A stretch of 64,000 nt of DNA from Promethearchaeota archaeon (GCA_019058445.1 JAHPZA010000010.1:416001-480000); one strand, 5' to 3'. Counted from the stretch's first letter, positions 1-10,656 are shown. Notes: generated by a model from the letters alone, not told the origin. A program made the numbers and translations.

Positions 1-139
1 TAATAATGTGATTGTAGATATGAATCATCCTTTAGCAGGTAAAGTATTAAAATTTAAGATTAAAGTGACCGAGACAGGTTGCGAACCTGATCCTCCTCAT
101 ACATGTGGATATGGTTGCGGTCACGACCACGAGCATTAA
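1..139 (+). CDS. slyD: FKBP-type peptidyl-prolyl isomerase (SlyD-like), 3' end only
   Basis: Frame 2 reads NNVIVDMNHPLAGKVLKFKIKV...HTCGYGCGHDHEH-stop (TAA 137-139); DxNHPLAGK motif plus Cys/His tail; not in ORF track. Confidence 0.9.
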   Translation, partial: NNVIVDMNHPLAGKVLKFKIKVTETGCEPDPPHTCGYGCGHDHEH

Positions 140-338
140 GTTTTTACAAAATCAGAAGAGAAGTAACAATATTTTTTTAAATTTTTTTCTTATTGTGAGA
201 GCGTGAGATACGTTCAGTGATTTCCTACTAGAGTTCAATTAATATTTTTTATGAAAAACACATTTAATTAAAATGATCTTAAAAATATGAGAAAAAGACT
301 TTTGAGCTTTATAATACCTATTAGCTTAAAAAAGAGTC

Positions 339-1262
339 TCAACTATCTCCTTCGATTGCTTCAAGGTTCCATACATTTAGGTATTTTATTCGCAGTTTTT
401 CTGCTAAGTCGGGGTCCATTACATACATAGAAGCAAAAATCTGATAAGGTTTTACGGGATTTTGAAGTTTAAATATTATTCTCTGCTTGTCAGAAATGTC
501 ATAATAAGTAGGTGTCTTTTTATAGATATATTTCATCTCAAAGTTGGGGCGTTCTACTGATAACTGGTAATACTCTTCAAGTATTTGTGTAATTTTGACA
601 AACAGTTCAGCATTATGAGATTCTTGCTCATCCGAAAGAGGGCGCCCATCATGTTCAAAACTCCATAAGTATTTAATCCTTACTCCCCTGTCTAAAGCAC
701 GTTTATATGGTTCAAAAATATCTTTACCATATGGAATGATCTTAGTTGTGTTTTCATTGATAAAACTATTTATCAAAATCTCGTGTTTAGAATCATAACA
801 AAATTTTTTATACAATGAAACAATTGATTGATACTCGAATGCCGTAGACCAAAATATCTTAAGCGGTTCTTTTTTAATAGAGGTTTCTGATTCATAAAGG
901 TTTGCTTCTATTAATTTAGCTTGTTGTACTAAAAATGCCTCTTTTCTTTTATTTTCAGCAGTCTGATGTTGAATAAGATTTTCTAATGCCTTATTGAGGG
1001 TTAAAGATTTGAATTTCTTGGGTCTAGATTCAATGATCTCAACCATACCTTTATCATTTAAATCATCTAGAACTTCATATATTCTTCCGCTAGGAACATT
1101 GGATTTTAATGATATCTCTTTGGCAGGGATTCCGTCATATTTTGATGACTTTAGTAGAGTAATAAACGCATTAATTTCATATGTAGAGAGATTTGCGTTA
1201 ATCAAAAATTCACTTAGATTATCAATTAAATTATCAGACATCCTAATAATCATATGCTCCAT
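339..1262 (-). CDS. TrmB-family transcriptional regulator
   Basis: N-terminal LSxYE...AKEIS..SNVPSGRIYEVL..L..KGMVE...SRPKKF winged helix; paralog of 6224-7117. Confidence 0.85.
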   Translation of the reverse strand: MEHMIIRMSDNLIDNLSEFLINANLSTYEINAFITLLKSSKYDGIPAKEISLKSNVPSGRIYEVLDDLNDKGMVEIIESRPKKFKSLTLNKALENLIQHQTAENKRKEAFLVQQAKLIEANLYESETSIKKEPLKIFWSTAFEYQSIVSLYKKFCYDSKHEILINSFINENTTKIIPYGKDIFEPYKRALDRGVRIKYLWSFEHDGRPLSDEQESHNAELFVKITQILEEYYQLSVERPNFEMKYIYKKTPTYYDISDKQRIIFKLQNPVKPYQIFASMYVMDPDLAEKLRIKYLNVWNLEAIEGDS

Positions 1263-1423
1263 TAAACTTAAAATTAGTTGTGGAGGATTTTTGAGAGATT
1301 ATTTGCATTAATTTTTTTTATTTATTTTTTGAAATAAAATGAATTAAGGACTATTAGCATTAATTTTATAATCATATAATCCTATTATTTAATAAGGTTC
1401 CTAATTAATTAATATATAAGATA

Positions 1424-1894
1424 ATGATACAAGAAAAAAATGAAGACATAATCAAAGAAGATTTATTTATGGATTTATTTCACCTCATTAAAAGAATAGG
1501 AAAGGATTTTGATTATATTGAGCGAGAAATATTATTGAAACGACCTAAGATTAGCATGAAAGAAATAACACCACCTCAATTATTTATACTCCGAATACTT
1601 TGGAAAGAAGATGGCTTCCCCTTAAAATATCTAGCAACGGCAGCTAAGTGTTCTCGTTCTACTATGTCAGGTGTAGTCGATACTATGGAAAAAAATGGAT
1701 TAATTATTCGCGTTCCAAATCCTAAAGATGGACGTAGTACATTAATTAAGCTTACAGAATTAGGGAATGATATAAAACGCTTTACGCCACCATTAGATAC
1801 TTATTTAATGTCTCATTGTAAAGATATAAGCAAAGAAGAGCTTCAAATGTTAATTTTATTATTAAAAAAATTTTCAAGCTCTTTAGTAAAATAA
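1424..1894 (+). CDS. MarR-family transcriptional regulator
   Basis: ITPPQLFIL...SRSTMSGVVDTMEKNGLI.R.PNPKDGRS..I.LTELG. Confidence 0.9.
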   Translation: MIQEKNEDIIKEDLFMDLFHLIKRIGKDFDYIEREILLKRPKISMKEITPPQLFILRILWKEDGFPLKYLATAAKCSRSTMSGVVDTMEKNGLIIRVPNPKDGRSTLIKLTELGNDIKRFTPPLDTYLMSHCKDISKEELQMLILLLKKFSSSLVK

Positions 1895-1944
1895 TTTAAA
1901 TCCTTATACCTAAAAGATTTTTGAATATAAACTCAAAAAAATAG

Positions 1945-1977
1945 TTCGGGATCGAAAGACTTTAATACGGTACCGAA
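1945..1977. promoter_or_regulatory. Paired palindromic operator sites flanking a BRE/TATA promoter
   Basis: TTCGGGATCGAA (1945-1956) and TACGGTACCGAA (1966-1977), 21 bp apart, bracket TTTAATA (1961-1967) just upstream of ATG 1989. Confidence 0.55.
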
Positions 1978-1988
1978 TTAAAAAATTT

Positions 1989-2330
1989 ATGGAAAAAGAA
2001 TTTAAAAATAAAATGAAAAAGTCTAAACTAACTAGAGAAGAAATGAAAGATTTTTTAGCTAAGGCAGAATCCATTGACAAAAAATTAGATCACGGCAGAG
2101 CATATAGAACCCTCATGAATCAAGTAAGAAGGGAGCTTCTAAAATTCATTGGTTGTGAAGTAAGATCTATGGATGAAATGAAAAAGGAGTTTCAATTAGA
2201 TGAAAATCAACTAAGATATCATTTATCAATGCTACTGCAAAGCCTATATGTTATAGAATCACAAGAGGGATGGAAATCGACTCCAAGAGGAATTGGGTTT
2301 TTAGAGAATGCCATAATGAGCGATAATTAA
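1989..2330 (+). CDS. ArsR-like winged-helix protein
   Basis: L.N.VRRELLKFI...L.YHLSML...W..TPRG. Confidence 0.7.
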   Translation: MEKEFKNKMKKSKLTREEMKDFLAKAESIDKKLDHGRAYRTLMNQVRRELLKFIGCEVRSMDEMKKEFQLDENQLRYHLSMLLQSLYVIESQEGWKSTPRGIGFLENAIMSDN

Positions 2331-2344
2331 ATGAGGAGGAAAAA

Positions 2345-2917
2345 ATGGACATTAAAGAAGCAAAAAAAATCCTGGGTAATGAATTTAGTTTTATGTTCGA
2401 TTTTATTAATTCAGTTGTTCAGGGTTTGGGGTTGGATAAAGACGCTAAAATTCTGGATGTTGGGACTGGACAAGGCAGGATGGCTATAATACTTGCTCTA
2501 AATAATTATAAAGTAATTACTGGAGAACCAAAGGGCGATAATTCTGAATATGCTAAACGAGATTGGTTGAATAATGCTAAAAAAGTAAATGTGGACCATA
2601 TGATAACATTTATGCATTTTAATGCCATGGATATGTCATTTGAAGACGGAGCTTTTGATGCCATTTTCTTACAAGGATCATTTCATCATGTAGATGACAA
2701 AGTTTCAGCATTTAAAGAATTTATACGTGAAACTAAACCTAATGGGATTATTTGTATATTTGAACCAACTCCCAGAGGCATAAATGCAATGCGTAAGAGA
2801 TTTCCTTCTCATCCTGATGCGGTTGATCCGAGAAATTTAGCACATAATTATAATTTATATGTAGAGGTAATAAATGGTTCATTTTTCGATGCCTTTGTCT
2901 TTAAGAAAAGAGATTAA
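2345..2917 (+). CDS. Class I SAM-dependent methyltransferase
   Basis: ILDVGTGQG motif I, FEDGAFDAI, FHHV, KPNG; GAGGAGG SD upstream. Confidence 0.9.
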   Translation: MDIKEAKKILGNEFSFMFDFINSVVQGLGLDKDAKILDVGTGQGRMAIILALNNYKVITGEPKGDNSEYAKRDWLNNAKKVNVDHMITFMHFNAMDMSFEDGAFDAIFLQGSFHHVDDKVSAFKEFIRETKPNGIICIFEPTPRGINAMRKRFPSHPDAVDPRNLAHNYNLYVEVINGSFFDAFVFKKRD

Positions 2918-2954
2918 AAAAATTTATAAAAATTCTAAATAAGGTTAAAATAAA

Positions 2955-3524
2955 TTGAAGGTAATTGCAATAAGCGGAAGTCCCCGTCCTCGGGGAAATA
3001 CATCCCAATTAATTGAAATAGTTTTCAACGCGATAAAGGAAAAAGATAATACAATTGAAACTGAAATGATACAATTAGCGGGGAAAATAATAAATACCTG
3101 TTTATCTTGTTATAAATGCGTCAAAAATAAAGATAATAAATGCATTCAAAAGGATGATCTCAATGCCATATATGCAAAAATGGTTAAAGCAGATGCGATT
3201 ATATTTGGAGCCCCGGTTTATTTCGGCGATGTTACAGGAAAAATGAGATGCTTTATTGAGAGGGTTGGTATGATTGCTATGTTTAATAATAAGGCATTCA
3301 AAAGAAAAATTGGGGCAATAGTAATAGCGAAGAGGAGACAAGGAGGGATCCAATCCTTGAATACAGTTAATTTTCTTTTCTATATTAGTGAAATGATTAT
3401 TGTAGGCTATGCTATAGGAATTGGTACAACTCCTGGCGAAGTTCAAAACGATTCAGAAGGAATAAATGATGCTAAGACTTTAGGAAAAAACATTTTTTGG
3501 TTATTAAATAAAATTCATAATTAA
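2955..3524 (+). CDS. Iron-sulfur flavoprotein (flavodoxin family)
   Basis: GSPRPRGNT, CxxCxxC-x7-C, ADAIIFGAPVYFG. Confidence 0.9.
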   Translation: MKVIAISGSPRPRGNTSQLIEIVFNAIKEKDNTIETEMIQLAGKIINTCLSCYKCVKNKDNKCIQKDDLNAIYAKMVKADAIIFGAPVYFGDVTGKMRCFIERVGMIAMFNNKAFKRKIGAIVIAKRRQGGIQSLNTVNFLFYISEMIIVGYAIGIGTTPGEVQNDSEGINDAKTLGKNIFWLLNKIHN

Positions 3525-3634
3525 TCCTTATTATTGGCTTTATTAGGAATAGATGAAGCTATTTTGGAGCAAGAAGTCCACAAAAAAATTAAATTATTTA
3601 ATGATGGAATAATCAAATTACGTAAAACTGTGAG

Positions 3635-4504
3635 GTGTCCAATTTGAAGGCATTAATTATATATTTCTCACAAACTGGAAATACAAAAAAAATTGCTGAA
3701 ACCATCAAAAAAGGGATTCTCAAAAGTGGAAATATGTGTGATATTGCTCCAATTAAGAATGTTAACATAAATTTATTGGAAAGCTATGATCTCATTGGGA
3801 TTGGAACCCCTACTTTTTTTTATAGAGAACCTAAAAATGTGCTAAACTTCATTCAAAATCTTAAAGAAACAAAAGAAAAGCACTGTTTTATATTTTGTAC
3901 CCATGGGAGTTTAATAGGAAATACGTTTTATCATATGAATGAAGAATTATCTAAAAGGGGATATATTGTAATCGGAACATTCGATTGTTATGGATCTTCT
4001 TCGATCCAGTTTTATCCCCAACCGATGCATACAGAAGGTCATCCTGATGAAATTGAATTTATGGAAGCTACAGAATTTGGAGAAAATATCTGTGAAATAA
4101 ACCTGAAAGTTCAGAATGGCCAAATGAACTTAATCCCTCAATTTGAACTAATTTCAAAAACATGGTGGGCACTGCAATCAAAACAACTAACAGTGGAAGT
4201 ATTAAAGAAAATTTCTCCAAAATTTAATATAAATTTAGACGTATGTACTAAATGTTTAACTTGCCAAGAGGCTTGTCCAACAAATTCCATTGATGTAGAA
4301 GCAGAACCTCCAGAAATTCAGAAGGAAGGATGCATTTCCTGCTGGTATTGTGAAAAAGTGTGCCCTGAGGGGGCTATTGAAGCCGATTGGTCAATGATGG
4401 AGAAGGCCTCAAAAAGCAATCTTATTGGATATATTGAAGCTTTAAAGGAAGCGGAGAATCAAGGAAAGTTTCGACCTTATATTGATTACCAAAACATAAA
4501 ATAA
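3635..4504 (+). CDS. Flavodoxin plus 4Fe-4S dicluster protein (EFR1-like)
   Basis: YFSQTGNT, GIGTPTF, two CxxCxxCxxxCP motifs. Confidence 0.85.
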   Translation: MSNLKALIIYFSQTGNTKKIAETIKKGILKSGNMCDIAPIKNVNINLLESYDLIGIGTPTFFYREPKNVLNFIQNLKETKEKHCFIFCTHGSLIGNTFYHMNEELSKRGYIVIGTFDCYGSSSIQFYPQPMHTEGHPDEIEFMEATEFGENICEINLKVQNGQMNLIPQFELISKTWWALQSKQLTVEVLKKISPKFNINLDVCTKCLTCQEACPTNSIDVEAEPPEIQKEGCISCWYCEKVCPEGAIEADWSMMEKASKSNLIGYIEALKEAENQGKFRPYIDYQNIK

Positions 4505-4546
4505 TCCTTAATTATTATAGTTCTCATAGAAAAATTTACTTTTAAA

Positions 4547-5704
4547 GTGATTAAAATAGAATTAAAACATCTTTTCAGTCCGGGAAAAATAGGAAATGTT
4601 CAAATTAAAAATAGAATTGTGCGTTCAGCCACCTATGAACGACGAGCAATGAAATATGGTATTGTAAGCGACAAACTTATCGAATTATATAGAGAATTAG
4701 CAGAAGGTGGAACAGGACTAATCATCACTGGAGCGATTGGCATAGACCCAAAAGCAACAGGAGGGCCAGATCAACCATATTTATTTGATGATTCTCACAT
4801 GGAGGGCCAGAGAAAGCTGGTAAAAGAAGTTCATAATTATTCTGACACTAAAATAGCGGCACAATTCGTCCATACTGGTCGTCAAGGAACTCATCCTAAA
4901 TATACCTCTGTTGCACCATCACCTATAGAAGATAAATCAACTAATAAAATCCCTAAAGAATTAGCAACTGAGGAAATCGAGAAAATTGTACAGAATTTCG
5001 TAGTTGCTACACGAAGAGCTTATGAATGTGAATATGATATGGTCCAAATGCACGGAGCTCATGGATATTTACTAAGTAACTTTATCTCTCCTTATACAAA
5101 TATTCGAACTGATGAATATGGAGGAAGCACTGAAAAGCGGGCAAAAATTTTAGTGGACATTTATAATCATGCAAGGGATGAAGTGGGAAAGGATTTTCCA
5201 ATACTAATTAAACTACAAATTGATGATGATATTCCAAGTGGATTGAAGTTAGAGGAAGGAATTAAAATCGCTAAAATTATGGTAGATACTGGCTATAATG
5301 CGATAGAACCAAGTGGCGGTATAGGAGAATCTATCTCGTTAAATAAGAATCCATTACCGAGTAGATTTGTGAAATCACCTGATGATGAAAACTACTTTTT
5401 AGATTCCGCGAAAAAACTAAAACCAATCATGAAAGATTGTCCTTTAATACTTGTAGGAGGGGTTAGAAATCCTTTATCTGCAGAAAAAATTCTTCAAGAA
5501 AAACATGCTGATTTCATATCATTGAGTAGACCCTTAATCTATGAACCAGATCTTCCAAATCGTTGGAAAAGTGGTGATTTATCACCAGCTAAGTGTCTGA
5601 GCTGCAATTCATGTTTCATGACTATGATGACAGGGGAAGTGTATTGCGTAGTGAAAAAGAAATTGGAAAAGAAAAGATTGAAGAAAGAAAAACAAAAAAA
5701 TTAG
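4547..5704 (+). CDS. NADH:flavin oxidoreductase (Old Yellow Enzyme family)
   Basis: KNRIVRSAT, HGAHGYLLSNFISP..N.RTDEYGGS, C-terminal CLSCNSC. Confidence 0.92.
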   Translation: MIKIELKHLFSPGKIGNVQIKNRIVRSATYERRAMKYGIVSDKLIELYRELAEGGTGLIITGAIGIDPKATGGPDQPYLFDDSHMEGQRKLVKEVHNYSDTKIAAQFVHTGRQGTHPKYTSVAPSPIEDKSTNKIPKELATEEIEKIVQNFVVATRRAYECEYDMVQMHGAHGYLLSNFISPYTNIRTDEYGGSTEKRAKILVDIYNHARDEVGKDFPILIKLQIDDDIPSGLKLEEGIKIAKIMVDTGYNAIEPSGGIGESISLNKNPLPSRFVKSPDDENYFLDSAKKLKPIMKDCPLILVGGVRNPLSAEKILQEKHADFISLSRPLIYEPDLPNRWKSGDLSPAKCLSCNSCFMTMMTGEVYCVVKKKLEKKRLKKEKQKN

Positions 5705-5716
5705 ATATTTCTAGTG

Positions 5717-6193
5717 TTAATTAAATGACAGAATAAAATTTGCTATGTGTTCACGCTCAATAAATCCATTTTTTTTATAAAACCCTTTTTCATAGGATAG
5801 ACGATTGCGATTATTAGCCAACATGAGTCGAGAGCAACTTTTTCTTTTCGCTTGATTTTTTACTTCTTCTATTAATAAGCTTCCAATTCCGCAGCCTCTT
5901 TCTTTTTCACTTACAAATAATTCTGAGATATACCCTTCAGGACCGGGTAAAAATGCATAGAATAGCCAATGTATAGCAATATATCCGACGACTTCATCAT
6001 CCTTTTCTGCTACGAAGACATTATGACAAGAATCTCTCTGACAAAACCTTATATGGTCCTTAATCTTAGAGATTGTATCTAGTTTTGAATTTTCCTTAAT
6101 ATGGTCAAACCATTTAAGTTCCCTTAGGATTTTTTCAATTGATTCAATATCTTTTAATTTTACAGGTCGTATTGTTACATTTCTATCCGTCAT
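5717..6193 (-). CDS. GNAT acetyltransferase
   Basis: ISELFV...RGCGIGS, FYKKNGF. Confidence 0.88.
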   Translation of the reverse strand: MTDRNVTIRPVKLKDIESIEKILRELKWFDHIKENSKLDTISKIKDHIRFCQRDSCHNVFVAEKDDEVVGYIAIHWLFYAFLPGPEGYISELFVSEKERGCGIGSLLIEEVKNQAKRKSCSRLMLANNRNRLSYEKGFYKKNGFIEREHIANFILSFN

Positions 6194-6223
6194 TCTTTTT
6201 ATTCTCCAATTTATCTCATTATT

Positions 6224-7117
6224 TTATTCTAATTCATTAGATGCTTCAAAGGTCCATATATTTAAAAATTTGTCCCTTAATTGATTGGCCAAAATTGGAT
6301 CTAAAACATTCATACATGAAAATATGCGGGATGGTCTTAATGGGTCTTGAATTTTAAATATGATTCTCTTTCTATCAAAAATATCGAAACTAGTAGGAAT
6401 TCTTTTAAATATAAATTTCATTTCAAAACCATTGAAGTTAAACTTAAGATTAAACATCTCTCCAAGTTTAAATGATACTTTTTTATATAATTTGAAGTCT
6501 TTTTCTTTTTCTGTTTCAGAAAGGGATCGTTCTTCGTGTTCGAAACTCCATAATAATTTTACTTTTACACCTTTTTCAACAATTTCTTTAATAGTTTGAA
6601 ACAAATCTTTTCCATATGGAAGAACCTTCAGAGTATAGATATTTATGAAATCATTTAGCAATAATTCATCTTTTAATTCTTTAGCATATCGCAAGTACAT
6701 TGAGATGATAGATGATGCTCCGTATGCTGTCGACCAGAAAATTTTTGATGGTTCTTTTTTGATAAATGCATCAGAATTATACAATTTTGCTTCAAGAACT
6801 TTTGCTTCATTACTTAAAATTTCTGTTTTCCTTTTATGTAAATTATCAAGATATGAAATTAAGTTATTAATTGATTGATTAATACTTAAAGCAGAATAAA
6901 TTTTTGGGCGTGTGCTTTTTATTTCAATCATACCTTTATTTTTTAATTCTTCTAATATTTCATAAATTCTTCCTGTTGGAATTTTAGATTTTTCACTTAA
7001 TTCTCGAGCAGTTAAATCGGATGATCTAAGAAGTGTTAAATAACCATGGATTTCATAAGAAGATAAATTAGCCCTTTTAAATAACTTTTTAAATTCATTG
7101 ATTAATTCAATTGACAT
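6224..7117 (-). CDS. TrmB-family transcriptional regulator
   Basis: LSSYE...TARELS..SKIPTGRIYEIL; collinear paralog of 339-1262. Confidence 0.85.
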   Translation of the reverse strand: MSIELINEFKKLFKRANLSSYEIHGYLTLLRSSDLTARELSEKSKIPTGRIYEILEELKNKGMIEIKSTRPKIYSALSINQSINNLISYLDNLHKRKTEILSNEAKVLEAKLYNSDAFIKKEPSKIFWSTAYGASSIISMYLRYAKELKDELLLNDFINIYTLKVLPYGKDLFQTIKEIVEKGVKVKLLWSFEHEERSLSETEKEKDFKLYKKVSFKLGEMFNLKFNFNGFEMKFIFKRIPTSFDIFDRKRIIFKIQDPLRPSRIFSCMNVLDPILANQLRDKFLNIWTFEASNELE

Positions 7118-7219
7118 TATATATGAAAAGGTTACTACAAAATAAAGGTTTTTTATGTTCCTTATTATTATACTTTTAGGGCTCTCTTCTCTAGTTCTAT
7201 TCTATTCAACCTTTTTTTA

Positions 7220-7240
7220 GGTTGTTTATGATCGAAAACC
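7220..7240 (+). promoter_or_regulatory. Shared 21-bp promoter motif, copy 1
   Basis: GGTTGTT-TATGATC-GAAAACC followed by AATTTAAAT TATA-like box. Confidence 0.55.
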
Positions 7241-7291
7241 AATTTAAATGAAGATATGTGTTAAATCCTTAGAGTTAAAATAGCATCTAAA

Positions 7292-7792
7292 ATGCAGAAT
7301 ACAAAAAAAGCTCTAATAAATAAAAATAAAATGGTGAAAAAGATGAAATTAATAAAAGATTATGCTCCTTTTCTCCAAGAACATTTAGGTTATTCAAACG
7401 AAGAAATGGAACTATGGATGAAAAATCCGAGAAATCAAGAAGCTCTTTTGAAAGCACCAGCTTTAATGCAAAAAACAATCATAATCGAGGTGGTTGAATC
7501 ACATGGTTGTAGTAGTTTACATAAAGTTGGTGACAAATTTTATTTCGATGGTGCCGGAAATCTTCTTACTAAGTTAAATCCAAAAAGAATTTGTATTTTT
7601 GCTTTAAGTGAAATGGAAAGATTGATTTTTGCTGCTCAAGAGCTTTTCTATGCTAATGTTGATCCTAATGAATTACGTATTAAAAGAGTTGGCTGTTTCG
7701 ATATAGGACTAAAATGTGGAGGTTGGGGTAGAATAATTCTCGAGCTTAAATTTGAAGATAGAAATAAGATAAATATAAAATTAAAAAAATAA
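7292..7792 (+). CDS. Cys-containing conserved protein (TIGR04076-like); true start may be a later ATG (7331/7343)
   Basis: EVVESHGC...HKVGDKFYF...IC..AL...GCFD. Confidence 0.6.
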   Translation: MQNTKKALINKNKMVKKMKLIKDYAPFLQEHLGYSNEEMELWMKNPRNQEALLKAPALMQKTIIIEVVESHGCSSLHKVGDKFYFDGAGNLLTKLNPKRICIFALSEMERLIFAAQELFYANVDPNELRIKRVGCFDIGLKCGGWGRIILELKFEDRNKINIKLKK

Positions 7793-7810
7793 AAGATCAG
7801 GAGGTAAAAC

Positions 7811-9094
7811 ATGTCGAAATATCTTACTCAAGTTATAAATGATGAGATTTTAGAAAAATTTAACCTTAGAAATAGATATAACTTCATAAATAATAATGTT
7901 ATGTCAGTTTTGAGTTCAAGAGATTTCAATTATTTAAAGTCTTGTCAGAAGTTTTGTATAAAATTAGAAAAAAAACATAATATGACTCATGGTCCAGACG
8001 AGGATGTATACAATTATGTATCTGAGGCAGGTAAGCAAGGAATTATTAGTAGACTCTATAAATATGAAAATTTAGACTTAAATTATGAACCTTATGGAAT
8101 GATTGCAAACTTTATACGATGTTTAGCAGGCACTCCGTTTGACCCTCAATTAGCATTAGTTATTGGAGGTACCGAATTAGCTATTAACCCACTTCAACTT
8201 CATCATGAAAATCTCCCAATTAGATTAGAAGCATTAAAAGAGTTAGTAACAGGCAAAAATCATGGATGTATTTTAATTACTGAGCCAGAAGGAGGATCTG
8301 ATGCAGTTCATCAAACGACTCTTTGTGATGTACAAGAGGATGGCTCTTATATTTTGAATGGTGAAAAAATATACAATACAAATGCTCCGAGAGCAAAGTG
8401 GGCGGTCATTTATGCTACGGCTGAAGAAAAAAATGCTAATACAATGGTTCAAGTCTTAGTAGATACTTCTTGGAATGGTTGGAATTGTGAACGAGTATTC
8501 ATACCATGGGTACCAAAAGTTCATATAGGTCGAGAAAATTTAGTAAATCTTCGGGTTCCAAAAGAATATATTTTGGGTGAAGTTGGAAGAGGGCGTGATC
8601 ATCTTTTTGAAGGATTAATTGAAGAGAGAATAGAAATTGCTTATATGAGTCTCTGTTTGTGTTGGGGTTCACTTTCTCATGCTTTCATTTATACCAATCT
8701 GAGAAAACAATTCGATCAAGAAATTTTAAAGTTTCAAGGTGTAGGCTTTCTATTAACGGATTTATGGGCAAAAACTATGAATTTAACGCTCAGTATAATA
8801 AAATTTTGTGAATCTTATGATGAAAAAGTTGAAAAATTCAATAATCAATTACCGTTGAATATTCGATATGCTATGGTTGCATCAGCCAGTCAATTGAAAT
8901 ATCATTGTGCAAAACTTTCAGAAGAAGTTTGTTATGAGTCTGCAAACTTAATGGGCGGAGCAGGTTTATGTGATAACACCTTGACTCACGATTTTCTGAA
9001 TAGCTCAAGAGTCCAAGAAATAATTGGAGGCTCGCGTCAAATACAGCAATATATAATGTCAATGGCACTTAGACAACTATATAAAATGATGTAA
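7811..9094 (+). CDS. Acyl-CoA dehydrogenase
   Basis: ITEPEGGSD, LNGEKIYNTN, RKQF...I.KFQGV, GGAG, EIIGGSRQIQ; GGAGGT SD. Confidence 0.92.
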   Translation: MSKYLTQVINDEILEKFNLRNRYNFINNNVMSVLSSRDFNYLKSCQKFCIKLEKKHNMTHGPDEDVYNYVSEAGKQGIISRLYKYENLDLNYEPYGMIANFIRCLAGTPFDPQLALVIGGTELAINPLQLHHENLPIRLEALKELVTGKNHGCILITEPEGGSDAVHQTTLCDVQEDGSYILNGEKIYNTNAPRAKWAVIYATAEEKNANTMVQVLVDTSWNGWNCERVFIPWVPKVHIGRENLVNLRVPKEYILGEVGRGRDHLFEGLIEERIEIAYMSLCLCWGSLSHAFIYTNLRKQFDQEILKFQGVGFLLTDLWAKTMNLTLSIIKFCESYDEKVEKFNNQLPLNIRYAMVASASQLKYHCAKLSEEVCYESANLMGGAGLCDNTLTHDFLNSSRVQEIIGGSRQIQQYIMSMALRQLYKMM

Positions 9095-9249
9095 CTAAGA
9101 CTTTTTTTTTTATATCATTTAAAATAAGGACAAATTAAGTTCTATGATTGAGATATACTAAATGATATTGTTATGTTTTTTAAAATAAATTTAAAAAGAA
9201 ATTACTAAATACAATTATTTTTTAAAAGAATAAAATTACTTAAATTACT

Positions 9250-9456
9250 ATGGAACAGTTGTCTAAAGAAGAACAGTTTATTATTGAAAAATTAAAGGAA
9301 AATGACGGGAGCTTAAATTATCGGAAATTGCAAGATTTATGTGCTGAAGAATTTGAAGGTGTAAGACTAATTTTAAAAAAATTAAAGGAAAAAGGTTTTG
9401 TTGATTATGAAGGCATTATTCCTGGTTTTTCAGCCGAAATTAAATTAATGAAATGA
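9250..9456 (+). CDS. Small winged-helix-like protein
   Basis: 68 aa with LSKEEQFII..L...G.L.Y..L...LKKLKEKGFV wHTH pattern. Confidence 0.6.
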   Translation: MEQLSKEEQFIIEKLKENDGSLNYRKLQDLCAEEFEGVRLILKKLKEKGFVDYEGIIPGFSAEIKLMK

Positions 9457-9484
9457 TGTGAAATTTCTTCTAAAACCTTTTTTT

Positions 9485-9505
9485 AGTTTTTTTTTATCGA
9501 AAAAC
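9485..9505 (+). promoter_or_regulatory. Shared 21-bp promoter motif, copy 2
   Basis: AGTTTTT-TTTTATC-GAAAAAC followed by AATTAAAAA. Confidence 0.5.
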
Positions 9506-9567
9506 AATTAAAAAGACTTTTGTTTGCTTAGAATTATAACTATATCAAAGTTTTAAGTGAGTATAAT

Positions 9568-10656
9568 TTGGATGTTTATAGAGCTTTGCAAGCACATTTA
9601 GATAAAATGCCTGTAGGATACCCTATGACCGAATCTGGTGTAGAGATTAGTCTATTAGAAAAATTATTTACACCAGAAGAAGCTGTAATTGCTACAAAAT
9701 TAAAGTTTTTTCCAGTAGAACTCAAAAAAATTCATCGTAGTCTAAAAAAGACTGAAATCAATCTAAATGTATTAAATAAAACACTAGAAAGAATGGTAAA
9801 AAAGGGACTAATTATGAAACGTGAAATCAATGACCAACCAAGCTATTCGAATATACCCTTCTTAATTGGAATTTGGGAGCTACAACTTGGAAGACTTACA
9901 GCTGAAGTTGCTAGTGATTCTTATCAATATTTCTATGAATCATATTTTGAGAAAGAATATAATAAAACAGGTATACCACAAATGCGTACAATTCCTATTG
10001 AAAAAGCCATAGACGATGACTCGACTGTTGCTACATATGATCAAGTTCGTACTTTAATAAATAATTCAGACTTAATAGCATTAGTAGATTGTATCTGTCG
10101 AGTTGGAAAAGATTTAATAGGAGAGCCCTGTAAAAGGACAAATTTAAGAGAGACTTGCATAATGCTTGGAACTTTTGCTAAAATGAGAATTCAAAATGGA
10201 CTAGCTAGAAAAATTACTAAAAAGGAAGCTTTTGAACTTCTTGAAAAGAGTGAAAAAGAAGGTTTAGTGCCCCAAACTTCAAACTCCCAGGATCCAATGG
10301 TTATTTGTAGTTGTTGTGGTTGTTGTTGCGAGGTTCTTTCTTCGCAGAATAAACTTGAAAACCCTGCTAAATTTTTCGCCACAAATTTTTATGCTGAAGT
10401 GAATTTAGATGATTGCATTGGATGTGGTACTTGTGCTGACCGGTGTAATATGAATGCCAGAATCCTTAAAAATAATAAATATGAAATCAATTTAGACAGA
10501 TGTATTGGATGTGGTGTATGTATTCCTACCTGTCCTCAAGATGCTACTAAACTTACTAAGAGGGGGAAAGATATAGTCCCACCAAAGAATACCATAGAGA
10601 CGTATACCGCAATAATGAATAAAAAAGCTGAATTGTCAAGAGCATCTAAACTATAA
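9568..10656 (+). CDS. 4Fe-4S binding protein with N-terminal HTH-like region
   Basis: LFTPEEA, CICR, ICSCCGCCC, two CIGCGxCxxxC motifs. Confidence 0.85.
   Translation: MDVYRALQAHLDKMPVGYPMTESGVEISLLEKLFTPEEAVIATKLKFFPVELKKIHRSLKKTEINLNVLNKTLERMVKKGLIMKREINDQPSYSNIPFLIGIWELQLGRLTAEVASDSYQYFYESYFEKEYNKTGIPQMRTIPIEKAIDDDSTVATYDQVRTLINNSDLIALVDCICRVGKDLIGEPCKRTNLRETCIMLGTFAKMRIQNGLARKITKKEAFELLEKSEKEGLVPQTSNSQDPMVICSCCGCCCEVLSSQNKLENPAKFFATNFYAEVNLDDCIGCGTCADRCNMNARILKNNKYEINLDRCIGCGVCIPTCPQDATKLTKRGKDIVPPKNTIETYTAIMNKKAELSRASKL

Noticed and set aside
3525-3648. Short open frame LLALLGIDEAILEQEVHKKIK... between two flavoprotein genes
   Set aside because: No recognisable homology or convincing start signal; possibly a gene remnant but unsupported
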